NCBI GenBank assembly: GCA_965263295.1
Contig: OZ253665.1
Location: 704,001-768,000 of the forward strand
Length of the DNA: 64,000 nucleotides
Origin: Spirochaetia bacterium
Lineage (GTDB): Bacteria; Spirochaetota; Spirochaetia; SP-2023
Reading direction: 5' to 3'
Shown: piece by piece, positions 1 to 10,819 of the stretch
Layout of the letters: each line of letters begins with the position of its first letter
Numbering within the stretch: the first letter of the stretch is position 1
Notes under the pieces: model-generated
What the model was told of the DNA's origin: nothing
Seen by the model: the letters and a program-made list of their open reading frames with translations, nothing else
Databases searched by the model: none
Made by a program: the position numbers and the translations under genes

Positions 1-19
1 GTCCTTTGATCAAGCCAAT

Positions 20-3000
20 TTGGAGCGGCCGCCTTTCTTTTCTGATGACAAAAGTTTGGCTGAAAACATGAAGAATATGAATTCTGAGTTTGAGGCTGCC
101 GAACGCCAGAATGCTTTGAATGCAAAGGAGCAGTACAGCGATCATTTAGCTGCGCAAAAGGATGCCGCACGTCAGGAAAAAATTTTATTGCGCATTCAGG
201 AGGCGGATGGCGATCTGGTCGATGAGGATATGGCTTGTGAATTCTTGCAGCGTGAGCAAAGTGTCGGCGATTGGCGCAGCGATTACAGTCAGCAGATTGC
301 TTTGAGCGATATGGACGCCAATGAAGTGTCCTTGGAAGTGCCCTTGGAAGTGCCCTTGGATGACAATTGGGATGAAAGCCTGGATGAGGAACCACAATGG
401 GCAGATTCTGTCAATGCAGCAGGAGAGCGGGAAACGAAGTTTGTGGAAACCGGCGGCGAAGATGCCGGCGCATGGGCCGGACAACCGGAGCTGCCTGATT
501 CGCAGCAGGCGCAAAATCAAGAGCAAAATCAAGAGCAAAATAATGATGATCGTGATCGGCCTGAAATAACAGCTGAGGGTGAGGCGGAAATTGAGTGGCC
601 AGAATCGCGCGAGGGTGGGGGGGAAAGCTGCGGTCCGGGAGAAAAAAATCTAGCAGAACAGCTACAAAATCAGCTGGAAGAGCAGCCGCGAAATCCAACT
701 GAGCAGCAGATTGAGGGCCAAGTTCCCGATGAATTTGAAGGCGAATTTGAAGGCGAATTTGAAGATTGCGATCAGAATGCCGAACCAGCTCTCGTGCTCA
801 GTGATTGGTTGGCCATGGACCCGGCGAACCCGATGGAACCGATGGACCCGAGAGAATCAATAAATCCAGTTGTCATCCGCGGTGACGACGGTGGGGAGGA
901 GCCGGCAAAGATGGAGCCACAAGAGACTGGGGCAGAGCTGGAGCCTGTCGAGGCAGAGGAAAAACTTTCGGCTAGGCCAGAAAATCACACTGAGCCCGAC
1001 AGAGAGTCGGGAGGGGCAGACGATCATCGGACGGCTCTGGGTCAGAGCTCGACTGAGACGGGGTGTGCAGCTGAATTGGAGATTCAGGATGAAGTAGTCG
1101 ATTTGGATCGGAATGCCTTGCACACGGAAGAAGGCTTGCAAAATGACCCGTCATTCCAAGGTTTCCTCTCAAATTTGACGTACCTGACTAAAGAGGAGCT
1201 GCAGGTTTCTGAAAACCCCGCGGAGCTTGGCCTGGAGCAGGTTGAGGAAGATATTGCCCAAATACTGGTTTCTGATAAAATGGAGGGAAAGCCCGCAGAT
1301 ATTGCCGGTACCTCGCCCGGAAATGTGCCAGATGCCGTTGTTTCGGGCCCGAAAGAGTTTAATGACTTGGATGTTTTGCAAGAAGGGCAAAAAGCTAGTG
1401 TCGAGGACGAAAACTTGGAAAGTGTTCAAGTGTCTGGGCGAAACGACCAGATAGATATGCAATGGCATGGAGCGTCTGCTGCAGACGCAGGAGACGCAGG
1501 GACTATGGCTAAAATAAATGAGAATACGGAGAATGAAATCGCTGCTGGGTACGGAGATAGCCAGTCTGAGTTGGCCGTTAATGCTGAATTGCAAGAATTG
1601 GCTATTGATTTGCCCCTGGACACGAGTGTTGCGACCCGTCAGGAACTTGAGGATAGTGAGGAGATGGGGAATGGGCCTGAGCTTTGCGATTCGGAGGCAA
1701 GCGAAGATTCCGAGGCAAGCGGAAAATTGACAGAAGATTGCGAGTTAGACGAAATGCCACGTGACGAGCTCGAAGAAAACACAGAGACGCTGGATTCGGT
1801 TGCCGGGTCGATGGAGGCCCAACAAGCCAGATGGCAGCCTCAAACAGACTGGGATGACATGCCAGAAGAGGCCGGTCATGGCGCGGATGAACGGGACTGG
1901 GAGCCGGAATTTGGGGACGAAGTTAATATGCCCGTGGAAAGTTTTTCAGTGGCAAAAGCGGCCGAGCAGGCTTTGCACGAGAAGGAAGAACGTGAGGCTC
2001 AGCGAGAAGAAGAACACGCGCAGAAAATGCTGGCGCCACCGGTGGCCAAGTCCTGGCATAGGTATGGCATAGCGATGAATGAGTTGTTGGCATATGATCC
2101 GCAGGCAGAAAAGCGCAACGCTCAAATTGACGAGGAGACAAAGGAGGCGGGAGAAGCGCTGCTGCAAACTTTACGTAAATTCAAGATTGAAGCCGCCATG
2201 ACACATATTTTAAAAGGGCCTTCAATCACTGAATTTGGCATTCTGCCGGCGCCAGGCATCAAACTGAATCGAGTTGAGCAGTTGGCCGATAATCTGGCGA
2301 TGGAGCTGGCAGCTCGCAGCATACGCATTGTGGCACCGATACCTGGGAAAAAGGCCGTGGGTGTCGAGATCCCGAACCGCCGCCGTTCCACGGTTTCTTT
2401 TCCGGCATTGATGGATTCGGAAGTCATGGACTTGGCACGCCGCGAGATGAAGCTGCCGATCCTTTTAGGTAAGGAAATTAACGGAGAAATTCAAATTGCC
2501 GATTTGCGTCGCATGCCGCATCTGTTAATCGCCGGCGCTACTGGCTCGGGTAAGTCCGTCTGTGTCAATGTCATTATCAGTTCGTTGATTTTGAGCCGCA
2601 CGCCACAGCAATTGCGATTGCTAATGATTGATCCCAAGATCGTCGAATTAAAGCAATATAATGATATTCCGCATTTGTTGACTCCTGTGATTACGGATGC
2701 CCAGCGAGCCTTGCAGGCTTTGCAGTGGGTCAGCAGCGAGATGGAGCGCCGTTATGCCCTCTTGGACGCCATAGGGGCCGGCAACAAGGGCATAGAAAGT
2801 TACAATCGTTACATTAAGGAAAACAATATGGCGACTTTACCTCTTGAGTTCATTGTGGTCATGATTGATGAGTTCGCCGATTTGATGGGCCTGGTCGGCA
2901 AGGAGCTGGAAGGTATGATTGCACGCCTGGCGGCCATGTCTCGCGCTGTCGGCATCCACCTGGTGTTGGCCACGCAGCGCCCTTCTGTCGACGTGGTGAC

Positions 3001-3478
3001 TGGTTTGATTAAAGCCAACTTTCCGACGCGGATTGCCTTTATGGTCGCCAGCCAGACAGACTCGCGTACCATATTGGACCAAAAGGGAGCAGAGCAGCTG
3101 CTCGGCCAGGGAGATATGCTGTTTTCCTTTCCCGGGCAGCCGTTGGTGCGGGTTCAAGGGGCCTACCTGTCAGAGGAAGAGGCGGAGCAACTTTCTTTGT
3201 ATATCAAAACTCTGGGAGAACCGGCTTACCTAGATGAAATTATCTTTGAAGAGGGAGAGGTGGAAGAAACTCATTCTTTGGAGTCCGGCGGCGATGAGCT
3301 GTTTCCACAGGCATTAGAGATTGCTCTACAGGCGGGGGAAATTTCGACGTCTTTCTTGCAGCGTAAACTTTCTATCGGTTACAATCGGGCCGCCCGTATT
3401 ATTGATGAAATGGAGGCGCGGGGCATCATTGGTCCGGCTCAGGGCAGCAAGAAGCGCGAAGTTCTGCAGGCATATTGA
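20..3478 (+). CDS. ftsK: DNA translocase FtsK/SpoIIIE; 5' part probably outside the window; ~680-aa acidic linker before the motor domain
   Basis: PHLLIAGATGSGKS Walker A, MIDPK, IDEFADLM Walker B, GIHLVLATQRPSVDVVTGLIKANFP, gamma domain LQRKLSIGYNRAARIIDEME; the frame is open from the window start. Confidence 0.95.
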   Translation: MERPPFFSDDKSLAENMKNMNSEFEAAERQNALNAKEQYSDHLAAQKDAARQEKILLRIQEADGDLVDEDMACEFLQREQSVGDWRSDYSQQIALSDMDANEVSLEVPLEVPLDDNWDESLDEEPQWADSVNAAGERETKFVETGGEDAGAWAGQPELPDSQQAQNQEQNQEQNNDDRDRPEITAEGEAEIEWPESREGGGESCGPGEKNLAEQLQNQLEEQPRNPTEQQIEGQVPDEFEGEFEGEFEDCDQNAEPALVLSDWLAMDPANPMEPMDPRESINPVVIRGDDGGEEPAKMEPQETGAELEPVEAEEKLSARPENHTEPDRESGGADDHRTALGQSSTETGCAAELEIQDEVVDLDRNALHTEEGLQNDPSFQGFLSNLTYLTKEELQVSENPAELGLEQVEEDIAQILVSDKMEGKPADIAGTSPGNVPDAVVSGPKEFNDLDVLQEGQKASVEDENLESVQVSGRNDQIDMQWHGASAADAGDAGTMAKINENTENEIAAGYGDSQSELAVNAELQELAIDLPLDTSVATRQELEDSEEMGNGPELCDSEASEDSEASGKLTEDCELDEMPRDELEENTETLDSVAGSMEAQQARWQPQTDWDDMPEEAGHGADERDWEPEFGDEVNMPVESFSVAKAAEQALHEKEEREAQREEEHAQKMLAPPVAKSWHRYGIAMNELLAYDPQAEKRNAQIDEETKEAGEALLQTLRKFKIEAAMTHILKGPSITEFGILPAPGIKLNRVEQLADNLAMELAARSIRIVAPIPGKKAVGVEIPNRRRSTVSFPALMDSEVMDLARREMKLPILLGKEINGEIQIADLRRMPHLLIAGATGSGKSVCVNVIISSLILSRTPQQLRLLMIDPKIVELKQYNDIPHLLTPVITDAQRALQALQWVSSEMERRYALLDAIGAGNKGIESYNRYIKENNMATLPLEFIVVMIDEFADLMGLVGKELEGMIARLAAMSRAVGIHLVLATQRPSVDVVTGLIKANFPTRIAFMVASQTDSRTILDQKGAEQLLGQGDMLFSFPGQPLVRVQGAYLSEEEAEQLSLYIKTLGEPAYLDEIIFEEGEVEETHSLESGGDELFPQALEIALQAGEISTSFLQRKLSIGYNRAARIIDEMEARGIIGPAQGSKKREVLQAY

Positions 3479-3962
3479 ATTTGAGGATAATAGATGCCTT
3501 GACCTCTCTACGTAATCTCTCGCGATTTTTAGTTTTTTTGCATACTTTGGCTTTTGGGCATATCTTCGGTAATTCCCACAAATTCCGAGTGGCAACGAAA
3601 ATTCTTGTGGAATTGGATACGAAAAGTTGTTCCGCTTGAATTTTATAACTGGATTTTACCAATTTGGACATAAGTCCGTTGTTATTGCCGGGATTTTCGA
3701 TGGTTTAGACGGTTTAGACGGTTTTTTTAGGGGGGGGGGAGAAGTGGAATTGAAAGCGGAATTTAAAGAGGAATTGATTTGAAACTTGGCGATGTAACGC
3801 AGTCTTTGTCATCGGAAGAAGCAGGTCGTTTCGGTGGTGGCGTATGTGGTGGGCAGAAAGACTTTCTGCAGTCGCTACTGACACCTGCTCCCAGCAGCTC
3901 GCGGCGAGGACCCCATATCCTCGGACTTGCAGGGAGACGGTATCACCATTTCGTAGTTTATT

Positions 3963-4715
3963 GTGCCCGTCATGCGTGAATGCCTTGACGATGAGGCGCG
4001 GCTAGAGGACTTTGCTGTTGAGTTGAAGCAATGGCAATACGACGAGGGAGGGCCACAGGTCCTCGAAAATTTTATCGCTTTTGAGGGTCTCGATGGTGCG
4101 GGGACCTCGACGCAGGCAAGACTACTGGAAGAGTATTTTGTAGCTTGTGGTCATCTTTGTGAGCGCAGTGCCGAGCCAACGCAGGGCGCCACAGGTCGTC
4201 ATATCCGGGCCATTCTTCGGCAGGCTCCAGATAATGCCGAGGCCCTGATTCAAAGGCGGCAATTGCCCCAGTACTTTGCGACAGATCGCGCCGAACACAT
4301 TCTCGGACCTGGTGGAATCTGGGAAAAAGTAGGCAAAGGTTGGATATGCATTTCAGAGCGCTATATTTTTTCGTCTCTGGTTTACCAGGGCCTCGATGAT
4401 ATGGCTCCCATTTCTCTGGCACAACTCTGGCGTTTGAATCAAAGTTTCCCTTTGCCGCAGCATTATTTTTATCTGGATATTACCGCTGAAGCGGCCGAGC
4501 GACGCATCTTTCGGCGTGAAATTACAGGCAAAATTCCGCGCGAAGTTTTTGAACAGAAAGCTTTCCTGAGCCGGGTTCGAAAAGCTTATTTACTAGTTTT
4601 GGAACATTTTAAGATTATTGCTCCCGCCGTGCAATTCCACTGCCTGAACGCTGCCGAGAACCGTGAGGATCTGCAACAGCGGATACAACAGTGTTTGTCA
4701 AATAGGAAAGGTTAG
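3963..4715 (+). CDS. tmk: thymidylate kinase (start uncertain, GTG 3963 or ATG 3972)
   Basis: FIAFEGLDGAGTSTQ P-loop, EP motif, DRAEH, ERYIFSSLVYQG. Confidence 0.88.
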   Translation: MPVMRECLDDEARLEDFAVELKQWQYDEGGPQVLENFIAFEGLDGAGTSTQARLLEEYFVACGHLCERSAEPTQGATGRHIRAILRQAPDNAEALIQRRQLPQYFATDRAEHILGPGGIWEKVGKGWICISERYIFSSLVYQGLDDMAPISLAQLWRLNQSFPLPQHYFYLDITAEAAERRIFRREITGKIPREVFEQKAFLSRVRKAYLLVLEHFKIIAPAVQFHCLNAAENREDLQQRIQQCLSNRKG

Positions 4716-4916
4716 CTAGACGTAAGATGATACCAATGCATCTTTTCGTTTTGTGAAACGGCGGAATTTAAATACTTGGCATTTTCTGTGGAAGAAAGTT
4801 AGAGATTGTTTATATTAGCAATGATGGATAACAGCGTTTATTAAATTGCGATGAATTTTTTATCTTTGTCAACTATCATTTTGTTGTTGGGAAAAGAAAA
4901 AAGGGGGGCCTTGAGA

Positions 4917-7229
4917 ATGAAATACAGCTATAAGGTTGGCAAAGGCGAATATGTGACTCGTTGGATGATTTCAAAACTTGAGCAGAAGAGGTATGTCGGC
5001 AGCAAGCTAGCCTTTGCGAGAGATGAATCTCTTATAGGAATGGATGCCCAAAAGATTATTTTTCCTATTCGAAAAGAATATCTGGCTAATAAAGATAATT
5101 TCAGACATTATTATATGAATAATAATATAGATGATCTGTATATTCCTTTTGAAAGTAAAAGAGTTGAATATGCCGGATTCTGGCATGAGTGCCATGAGTT
5201 GCAATTCTATGCTCAAGTATACCTTCTATCTGCGGAAGAACAGCAATTCGATTTTGAGCTGATAACATGTGGTTCCGTCGCGATATGGTTGAATGGAATA
5301 TTGCTTGAGACCTTTTCTCCCTATACCAGAAATACCGCCAGTAAATGCCATATTAAACTGCCCTTAAAAAAAATAAAGAATGAGCTCATCGTATCTTGTA
5401 GGGATCTTGCCGAAAGGGACACTCACAATTATTTCCAATTAAAATCTCTGAATGTTGAAGAGATACAACTGGAACTTCCAATTGAATTGGAATCAAAGAA
5501 ATTAGAATATATTGAGACTTATTTAGAAGGTTCTCATTTAGAAAAAGAAAATTATTTCTCTGGTGATATTAATATAATATTCGCCAGAAAAAATATCTTT
5601 GAATTTGAGTACTCCGTTAGTTCTACAGATCAACTTGATTTGGCTCAGAATAAAGTAACGAAAGAGAAAAAAATATTTAGTCCTGGCCAGGATCATTTGT
5701 ATATAGGTAAAGTACAAGATTATTCGGCTGGAGTCAATAAGTTCATACTGACTATTTATATCAACGGTTTGGGGATATCCAGGGAATTTAATGTGGAAAT
5801 ATATCCTTTTAAACAAGAATTTAAAACCGAATTGTCTATAGGAGAAAGAAAGAAAGAAGCACTAAGATTTCTAAAGAAATATGGCAAGGATGTACTGCAT
5901 AAGGCATTTGCTTTTATAGAAGATGGAACCCTAACAAAAACGGGTAAGAAGCTGCTGTTCTCCGAGATGGAAAAAATTAATAGAAGAATGGACTGCAGCG
6001 ATTTCAGAATGCCTGCTTTAATATGGTTTTATAGCCAATATAAAGAGCTGTTCACAGATGCAGAATTAAGATGTATAGAAGAAACAATATTGAACTTCCG
6101 CTACTGGATGGATGAACCCGGCAATGATGTAATGTGGTTTTTTAGCGAGAACCACGCATTAGCTTTTCACACTTGTGAACTTTTGGCGGGAGAATTATTT
6201 AAACAACGAACATTTTCCAACAGCGGCATGACCGGCTTAGAGCATATGGAAAAAGCAAAAAAACTTTTAGAGAGATGGTTTGCTGAATTTGCAAGAAATG
6301 GATATGCGGAATGGAATTCTTCAGTATATCTGCCTATAGATTTAATAAGTTTGTTTGCGATTTATGAATTGACGGAAGACGCCGAGTTGAAAGCAACGGC
6401 AAAGAAAGTGGCCGATCAAACTTTCGAGATTATCGCTGCCAATAACTATAAGGGAATAATGGTTTCAAGTCATGGCAGGGTGTATGAAAAAGAATTGAGG
6501 GCAAGGAGATCCGTAGAGACAGCCGCTTTGTCGTGGATAGCTTGGGGAGAAGGTTACCTCAACCGACATGTATTTGCCGTAATGCTTTTTGCAATATCAT
6601 CTTATGAACCGCCAGAGCATCTGCGGGCAATATCTTTGTACAAGTCTCCAAAAGCAATTGAAGTGAAAAATATCGAAGGTCCGGAGAAAGTAAGATTGTA
6701 CATGTATAAAAGTAATGATTACTCAATGGCCTCGGCCCTATCCTATAAACCATTTCATCTAGGGCATCAGGAACACGTTTTTCAGATGAATATAGGAGAT
6801 GGCCCGGAGACGCAGATATGGATCAATCATCCCGGAGAAAATAAAATTAATGGATTAGGGAGACCAAGTTATTTTGCGGGAAACGGCATTCTCCCGAAAG
6901 TGCATCAAGAGAAAGGCAGAGCCGTAATTGAATTCAATATATCAGAAGAACATGAAGTCGATTTCACACACGCTTATTGTTCTTTGGAATATTTTGAAGA
7001 ATATGAAGAGAGGGGCAACTGGCTTTTCGTCAAGAAATTGAATGGTTATCTGGGTGTATATGCCGAAAATGGCTATGAAATAACCAGTAGTGGGCCCTTG
7101 AGCAATAGAGAGCTAAAATCGCCGGGGAGACAGAACAGATGGCTTGCAAGAGTCGGATCAGAATATGAATACGGCAGTTTTAGCCGTTTTATTGACAGAA
7201 TATTATCAGAAGAGCATCCGCAAAAATGA
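4917..7229 (+). CDS. large conserved hypothetical protein of sugar-utilisation clusters; possible carbohydrate-active alpha-helical/heparinase-like enzyme
   Basis: Long ORF with motifs RMDCSDF, DEPGNDVMWFFSENHALAFH, EWNSSVYLPID, RPSYFAGNGILP; ATG 4917 follows AAGGGGG; lies beside GH28/kdu genes. Confidence 0.55.
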   Translation: MKYSYKVGKGEYVTRWMISKLEQKRYVGSKLAFARDESLIGMDAQKIIFPIRKEYLANKDNFRHYYMNNNIDDLYIPFESKRVEYAGFWHECHELQFYAQVYLLSAEEQQFDFELITCGSVAIWLNGILLETFSPYTRNTASKCHIKLPLKKIKNELIVSCRDLAERDTHNYFQLKSLNVEEIQLELPIELESKKLEYIETYLEGSHLEKENYFSGDINIIFARKNIFEFEYSVSSTDQLDLAQNKVTKEKKIFSPGQDHLYIGKVQDYSAGVNKFILTIYINGLGISREFNVEIYPFKQEFKTELSIGERKKEALRFLKKYGKDVLHKAFAFIEDGTLTKTGKKLLFSEMEKINRRMDCSDFRMPALIWFYSQYKELFTDAELRCIEETILNFRYWMDEPGNDVMWFFSENHALAFHTCELLAGELFKQRTFSNSGMTGLEHMEKAKKLLERWFAEFARNGYAEWNSSVYLPIDLISLFAIYELTEDAELKATAKKVADQTFEIIAANNYKGIMVSSHGRVYEKELRARRSVETAALSWIAWGEGYLNRHVFAVMLFAISSYEPPEHLRAISLYKSPKAIEVKNIEGPEKVRLYMYKSNDYSMASALSYKPFHLGHQEHVFQMNIGDGPETQIWINHPGENKINGLGRPSYFAGNGILPKVHQEKGRAVIEFNISEEHEVDFTHAYCSLEYFEEYEERGNWLFVKKLNGYLGVYAENGYEITSSGPLSNRELKSPGRQNRWLARVGSEYEYGSFSRFIDRILSEEHPQK

Positions 7230-7304
7230 CAAGGGCCCCAGATTGAATGCAAATTAAAGAGTATTAAAAAAACACTATTAATTCTATTAATTAGCTAGGC
7301 TATT

Positions 7305-8255
7305 TTAGATTCTGCAAATAATTCCCTTAGATTTTAATATTCTCTGAATCTTAGGATCCCTGTTCAACTCTTCTATATTGTCAGCACCGATAGCATTTGC
7401 CAATGACTTGACATCGTTATAGACTTTGCTAAAATCTTTGTTTTGAGCTCCGCTGATCATATATGTATTTTCAGTAAATTCTAAGGCTGTATAATTCCGG
7501 TTGTCCTGCTTGAGAATTCTCAACATATTGTCTCTCAGGCCCGCAGACTCTTCCAACGCGAGCATCCCCAAGTAGTCCGGATCCGTGAAATTCCAATGGT
7601 CAGGATTTTCTTTTCCCAGATATCTAGGCATTAAAAATATATTGTTGTCAATTAAGAGTTTCTTGTAATTCTCCCCGATCTCAGTATTTTTCGCAAGTTC
7701 TAGAGCATCCGTTACAGACAGAGTCTGTCTTGCAGAGTATCCGTCTCTTCGGTTTCTGAAATAAGGGGTATTGAATTTGCGGAATATCGTCACTAGGAAT
7801 TTATCTCTTAATTGATTTACAGATTGCAGTGACTCCCTGTAACTTATGATCTTTTTGTTCATATTATATTTATTGAGCACTGTGGCCAGAATATTTACTT
7901 TTTTCTGAATATTGATTTTCCTGGGAGCTAGTTCTGTCTCTCTTTTATCTACTTCTTCTACTAATGTTCCGTTGTCTGTCAGTTCAAACATCAGGATCAA
8001 AGGAACGTGACCCGGATTATGATACGACCAGTCTGCTATTATTTCAAAGCTCTCTTTTACATCTTTTACATGAGGAGCTACCGTGAAACTATCGTGAGCA
8101 ATGCGGCCCTGATTATCCCATATATCGAATTCTAAGGCTCTGATTCCCATATTGAGCTGACTTGATATATCGTGCTCAGGCCAACTATATGATCCACTGT
8201 CATACGAATTATGGCTGTAAGCTATTATTGTTTCTGTCAATTTTAAATCTTCCAT
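7305..8255 (-). CDS. PI-PLC-like phosphodiesterase (TIM barrel)
   Basis: SHNSY ... QLNMGIRALEFDIW ... IAHD ... WSYHNPGHVPLILMFE pattern of PI-PLC X-domain proteins. Confidence 0.7.
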   Translation of the reverse strand: MEDLKLTETIIAYSHNSYDSGSYSWPEHDISSQLNMGIRALEFDIWDNQGRIAHDSFTVAPHVKDVKESFEIIADWSYHNPGHVPLILMFELTDNGTLVEEVDKRETELAPRKINIQKKVNILATVLNKYNMNKKIISYRESLQSVNQLRDKFLVTIFRKFNTPYFRNRRDGYSARQTLSVTDALELAKNTEIGENYKKLLIDNNIFLMPRYLGKENPDHWNFTDPDYLGMLALEESAGLRDNMLRILKQDNRNYTALEFTENTYMISGAQNKDFSKVYNDVKSLANAIGADNIEELNRDPKIQRILKSKGIICRI

Positions 8256-8281
8256 GATTTTTCGCTCTCATCCTGAAAAAA

Positions 8282-9631
8282 TCAATTTACAGTTTCGTCT
8301 TTATCTATCAATAATTCTCTGTATGGTTTTAAGAACGGGTTATTACAGTAAATTCCTTGCACATTTCTAATCCATATAGCGGAAAAATCAAATTCAGTTT
8401 CTGCCCTTTCAGGCCAGCTAACTATAAAGTTATCTACATATAAATTTTTAGCTCCTTCAATGGCCATGGCACTTCTGGCGATTCTCGCCTTGAGGCTGCG
8501 GTTTGAAAATTGAGCGCTAAACCAGTCCTTGTATTGGAATGGATCAATAATATGTTTATCGTATATCAGATGAACATCCCGCAGAATTATATTTTCTAAA
8601 TAAGCTCCCGGCTCTGCCGTCAGCAAAATTTTCCCGCCGGTTCTCGCCAGAAGACTAACCACCTGGAAATTTCTGATCGCGCCCAATTTTGACTCCGGAT
8701 TTCTTCTCCGTAAATCTAAATGAATGGGAAGCCCCAGCCCGACTGTGGTGGCGCCATGAGTATCACATACGATATTAGAAATAGTAATATCTTCCATGGC
8801 GCCGCCTTCCAGTGCATAAACTGCGATCGGCCGGGTACTTTTATATATTATGCTGTTAGAAAAACTAATCTGTTTTATGTCGAAGAACGTTTCCGTCGCG
8901 CCGAGTTTGAACCCCGCACAATTTGATCTCAGCACGCAGTTTGTCACCGAAATCCTCTCACAGGAACTGGCGTCAGGAGAAGACTTTAGGACGATGGCAT
9001 CATCGCCGGTCTCGACAAAGCAATCACTTACAATGACATCTTTGCATCCGTTTATGTCTATGGCGTCCGTGTTTGGCCCCAGCGTATGATTTTCTATTAC
9101 TAGTCCCCTCACAAATACTTGGCGGCACTTTCTGAAATGCAGGGTCCAACCGGGTGAATTGACAATTTGGAAATCAATCAACTTAATATTTTTGCAATCA
9201 TTGATTTCAAAAAGGGGGCTGATCCTCTGCTGTTTCTCTTTGTACCATCCCCGCTTATCCGGCGTGTCGCGCCAAAATTCAGGCCCCTGCCCGTCAATAG
9301 TTCCCGACCCACAGATGACAATATTGACTTGCTGGTGGGCAATAAACAGGTGGTAAGGTTGTCTATCCTTGTTGTGTCCGTGGCGCATCGCATCGTAATG
9401 GCTCAAATCAGTGGATGCGATAATTTTTGTTCCTGTATCTAATTCTAGCGTAATATTACTCTTGAGATATAGGTTGGAAATTAAATATTTCCCTGCGGGA
9501 ACAAAAATCTTCCCGCCACCCCGCGCATGAACCTGATTGATGGCATCCTGAAAGCATTTCGTATTCAAGGTAATGCCATCACCTATGGCGCCAAAATCCC
9601 TGACGTTTGCCAAATTGATTCCCCCCTTCAA
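8282..9631 (-). CDS. glycoside hydrolase family 28 (polygalacturonase-like beta-helix)
   Basis: NVRDFGAIGDG, GTIDGQG, NSPGWTLH, PNTDAID, TGDDAIVLKS. Confidence 0.85.
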   Translation of the reverse strand: MKGGINLANVRDFGAIGDGITLNTKCFQDAINQVHARGGGKIFVPAGKYLISNLYLKSNITLELDTGTKIIASTDLSHYDAMRHGHNKDRQPYHLFIAHQQVNIVICGSGTIDGQGPEFWRDTPDKRGWYKEKQQRISPLFEINDCKNIKLIDFQIVNSPGWTLHFRKCRQVFVRGLVIENHTLGPNTDAIDINGCKDVIVSDCFVETGDDAIVLKSSPDASSCERISVTNCVLRSNCAGFKLGATETFFDIKQISFSNSIIYKSTRPIAVYALEGGAMEDITISNIVCDTHGATTVGLGLPIHLDLRRRNPESKLGAIRNFQVVSLLARTGGKILLTAEPGAYLENIILRDVHLIYDKHIIDPFQYKDWFSAQFSNRSLKARIARSAMAIEGAKNLYVDNFIVSWPERAETEFDFSAIWIRNVQGIYCNNPFLKPYRELLIDKDETVN

Positions 9632-9940
9632 ACCTTCATTTAAACCTTTAAGTATTCAGCATACTGGGAATCCAATTTATAACTATGCGCAATTTTAAAA
9701 TAATCTACTCATAAAACTAAAATTTTACTTCCTAAAATAGCGATTCTGATGAAGAAGAAGGAATTTTGGTCGTAGAAGTATGCAATTACAAAAAAATAAC
9801 CCGCGGGAAAAATAAAACTTGAAAACTCAGGATAAGCAGGTTACAATGTGCTTGAGCAGTGACTAAAATAGAACTTGAAGCAACTTAGAAAAAAAATTGT
9901 TTATTGTATTGCTGACGGAACTAAGAGTAAAGGATGAGGT

Positions 9941-10771
9941 ATGCAGACAAGATATGCATCCAGCAATAGAGATGCAAAAAAATATGACACAGCAAGGCTT
10001 CGTGAAGAATTTCACATAGATGGGCTTTTTAAAATTGATGAACTGCAATTATGTTACTCTCATTACGACAGAATGATCGTCGGAGCAGCTACTCCCGCAG
10101 GAAAACAGTTGAGATTGGAAGCGGGAAAAGAAATTGGCGCCGAGTATTTCCTCGCGCGCAGAGAACTGGGAATCATCAATATCGGCGGCCCTGGCGCAGT
10201 CGTTCTGGATGGAACAGAATATGAATTGCAATCAAGGGATGGCTTATATGTCGGAATGGGAGTTAAAAACGTCAGTTTCAAGTCACACAATGTCTCCCGT
10301 CCCGCCAAATTTTATTTCAACTCCGCGCCGGCGCACTCAAGCTTTCCTACGGTAAAAATAGCTATTGAGGCGGCCCGTCCTGTCCAATTGGGAGAGCCCG
10401 CGAAATCAAATGTCCGGACTATCTATCAATACGTCCATCCATCCGTATGCGAATCCTGCCAGTTGGCAATGGGAATGACGATGCTGGCAGAAGGCAGCCT
10501 CTGGAACACGATGCCCTGTCACACCCACGCCAGGAGAATGGAAGTCTACTTATATTTCGACATGGAGCCAGATACCAGGGTTTTCCACCTGTTGGGCGAG
10601 CCGCATGAGACCAGGCATCTGGTCATGAAAAACGAAGAGGCGACAATTTCTCCTTCTTGGTCCATCCACTCAGGTGTCGGCACAGGTAAGTATACCTTCA
10701 TTTGGGGCATGGTCGGTGAGAACCAGACATTCACGGACATGGATCACGTCGCCATGGAAGACCTGAAGTGA
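9941..10771 (+). CDS. kduI: 4-deoxy-L-threo-5-hexosulose-uronate ketol-isomerase
   Basis: YSHYDRMI, FLARRELG, SLWNTMPCHTHARRMEVYLYF, SPSWSIHSGVGT, WGMVGENQTF. Confidence 0.97.
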   Translation: MQTRYASSNRDAKKYDTARLREEFHIDGLFKIDELQLCYSHYDRMIVGAATPAGKQLRLEAGKEIGAEYFLARRELGIINIGGPGAVVLDGTEYELQSRDGLYVGMGVKNVSFKSHNVSRPAKFYFNSAPAHSSFPTVKIAIEAARPVQLGEPAKSNVRTIYQYVHPSVCESCQLAMGMTMLAEGSLWNTMPCHTHARRMEVYLYFDMEPDTRVFHLLGEPHETRHLVMKNEEATISPSWSIHSGVGTGKYTFIWGMVGENQTFTDMDHVAMEDLK

Positions 10772-10819
10772 TTTCGGTAATGCAGGGCTAGTCATGCGAT
10801 ATTTATGCTATTTTAAAAG

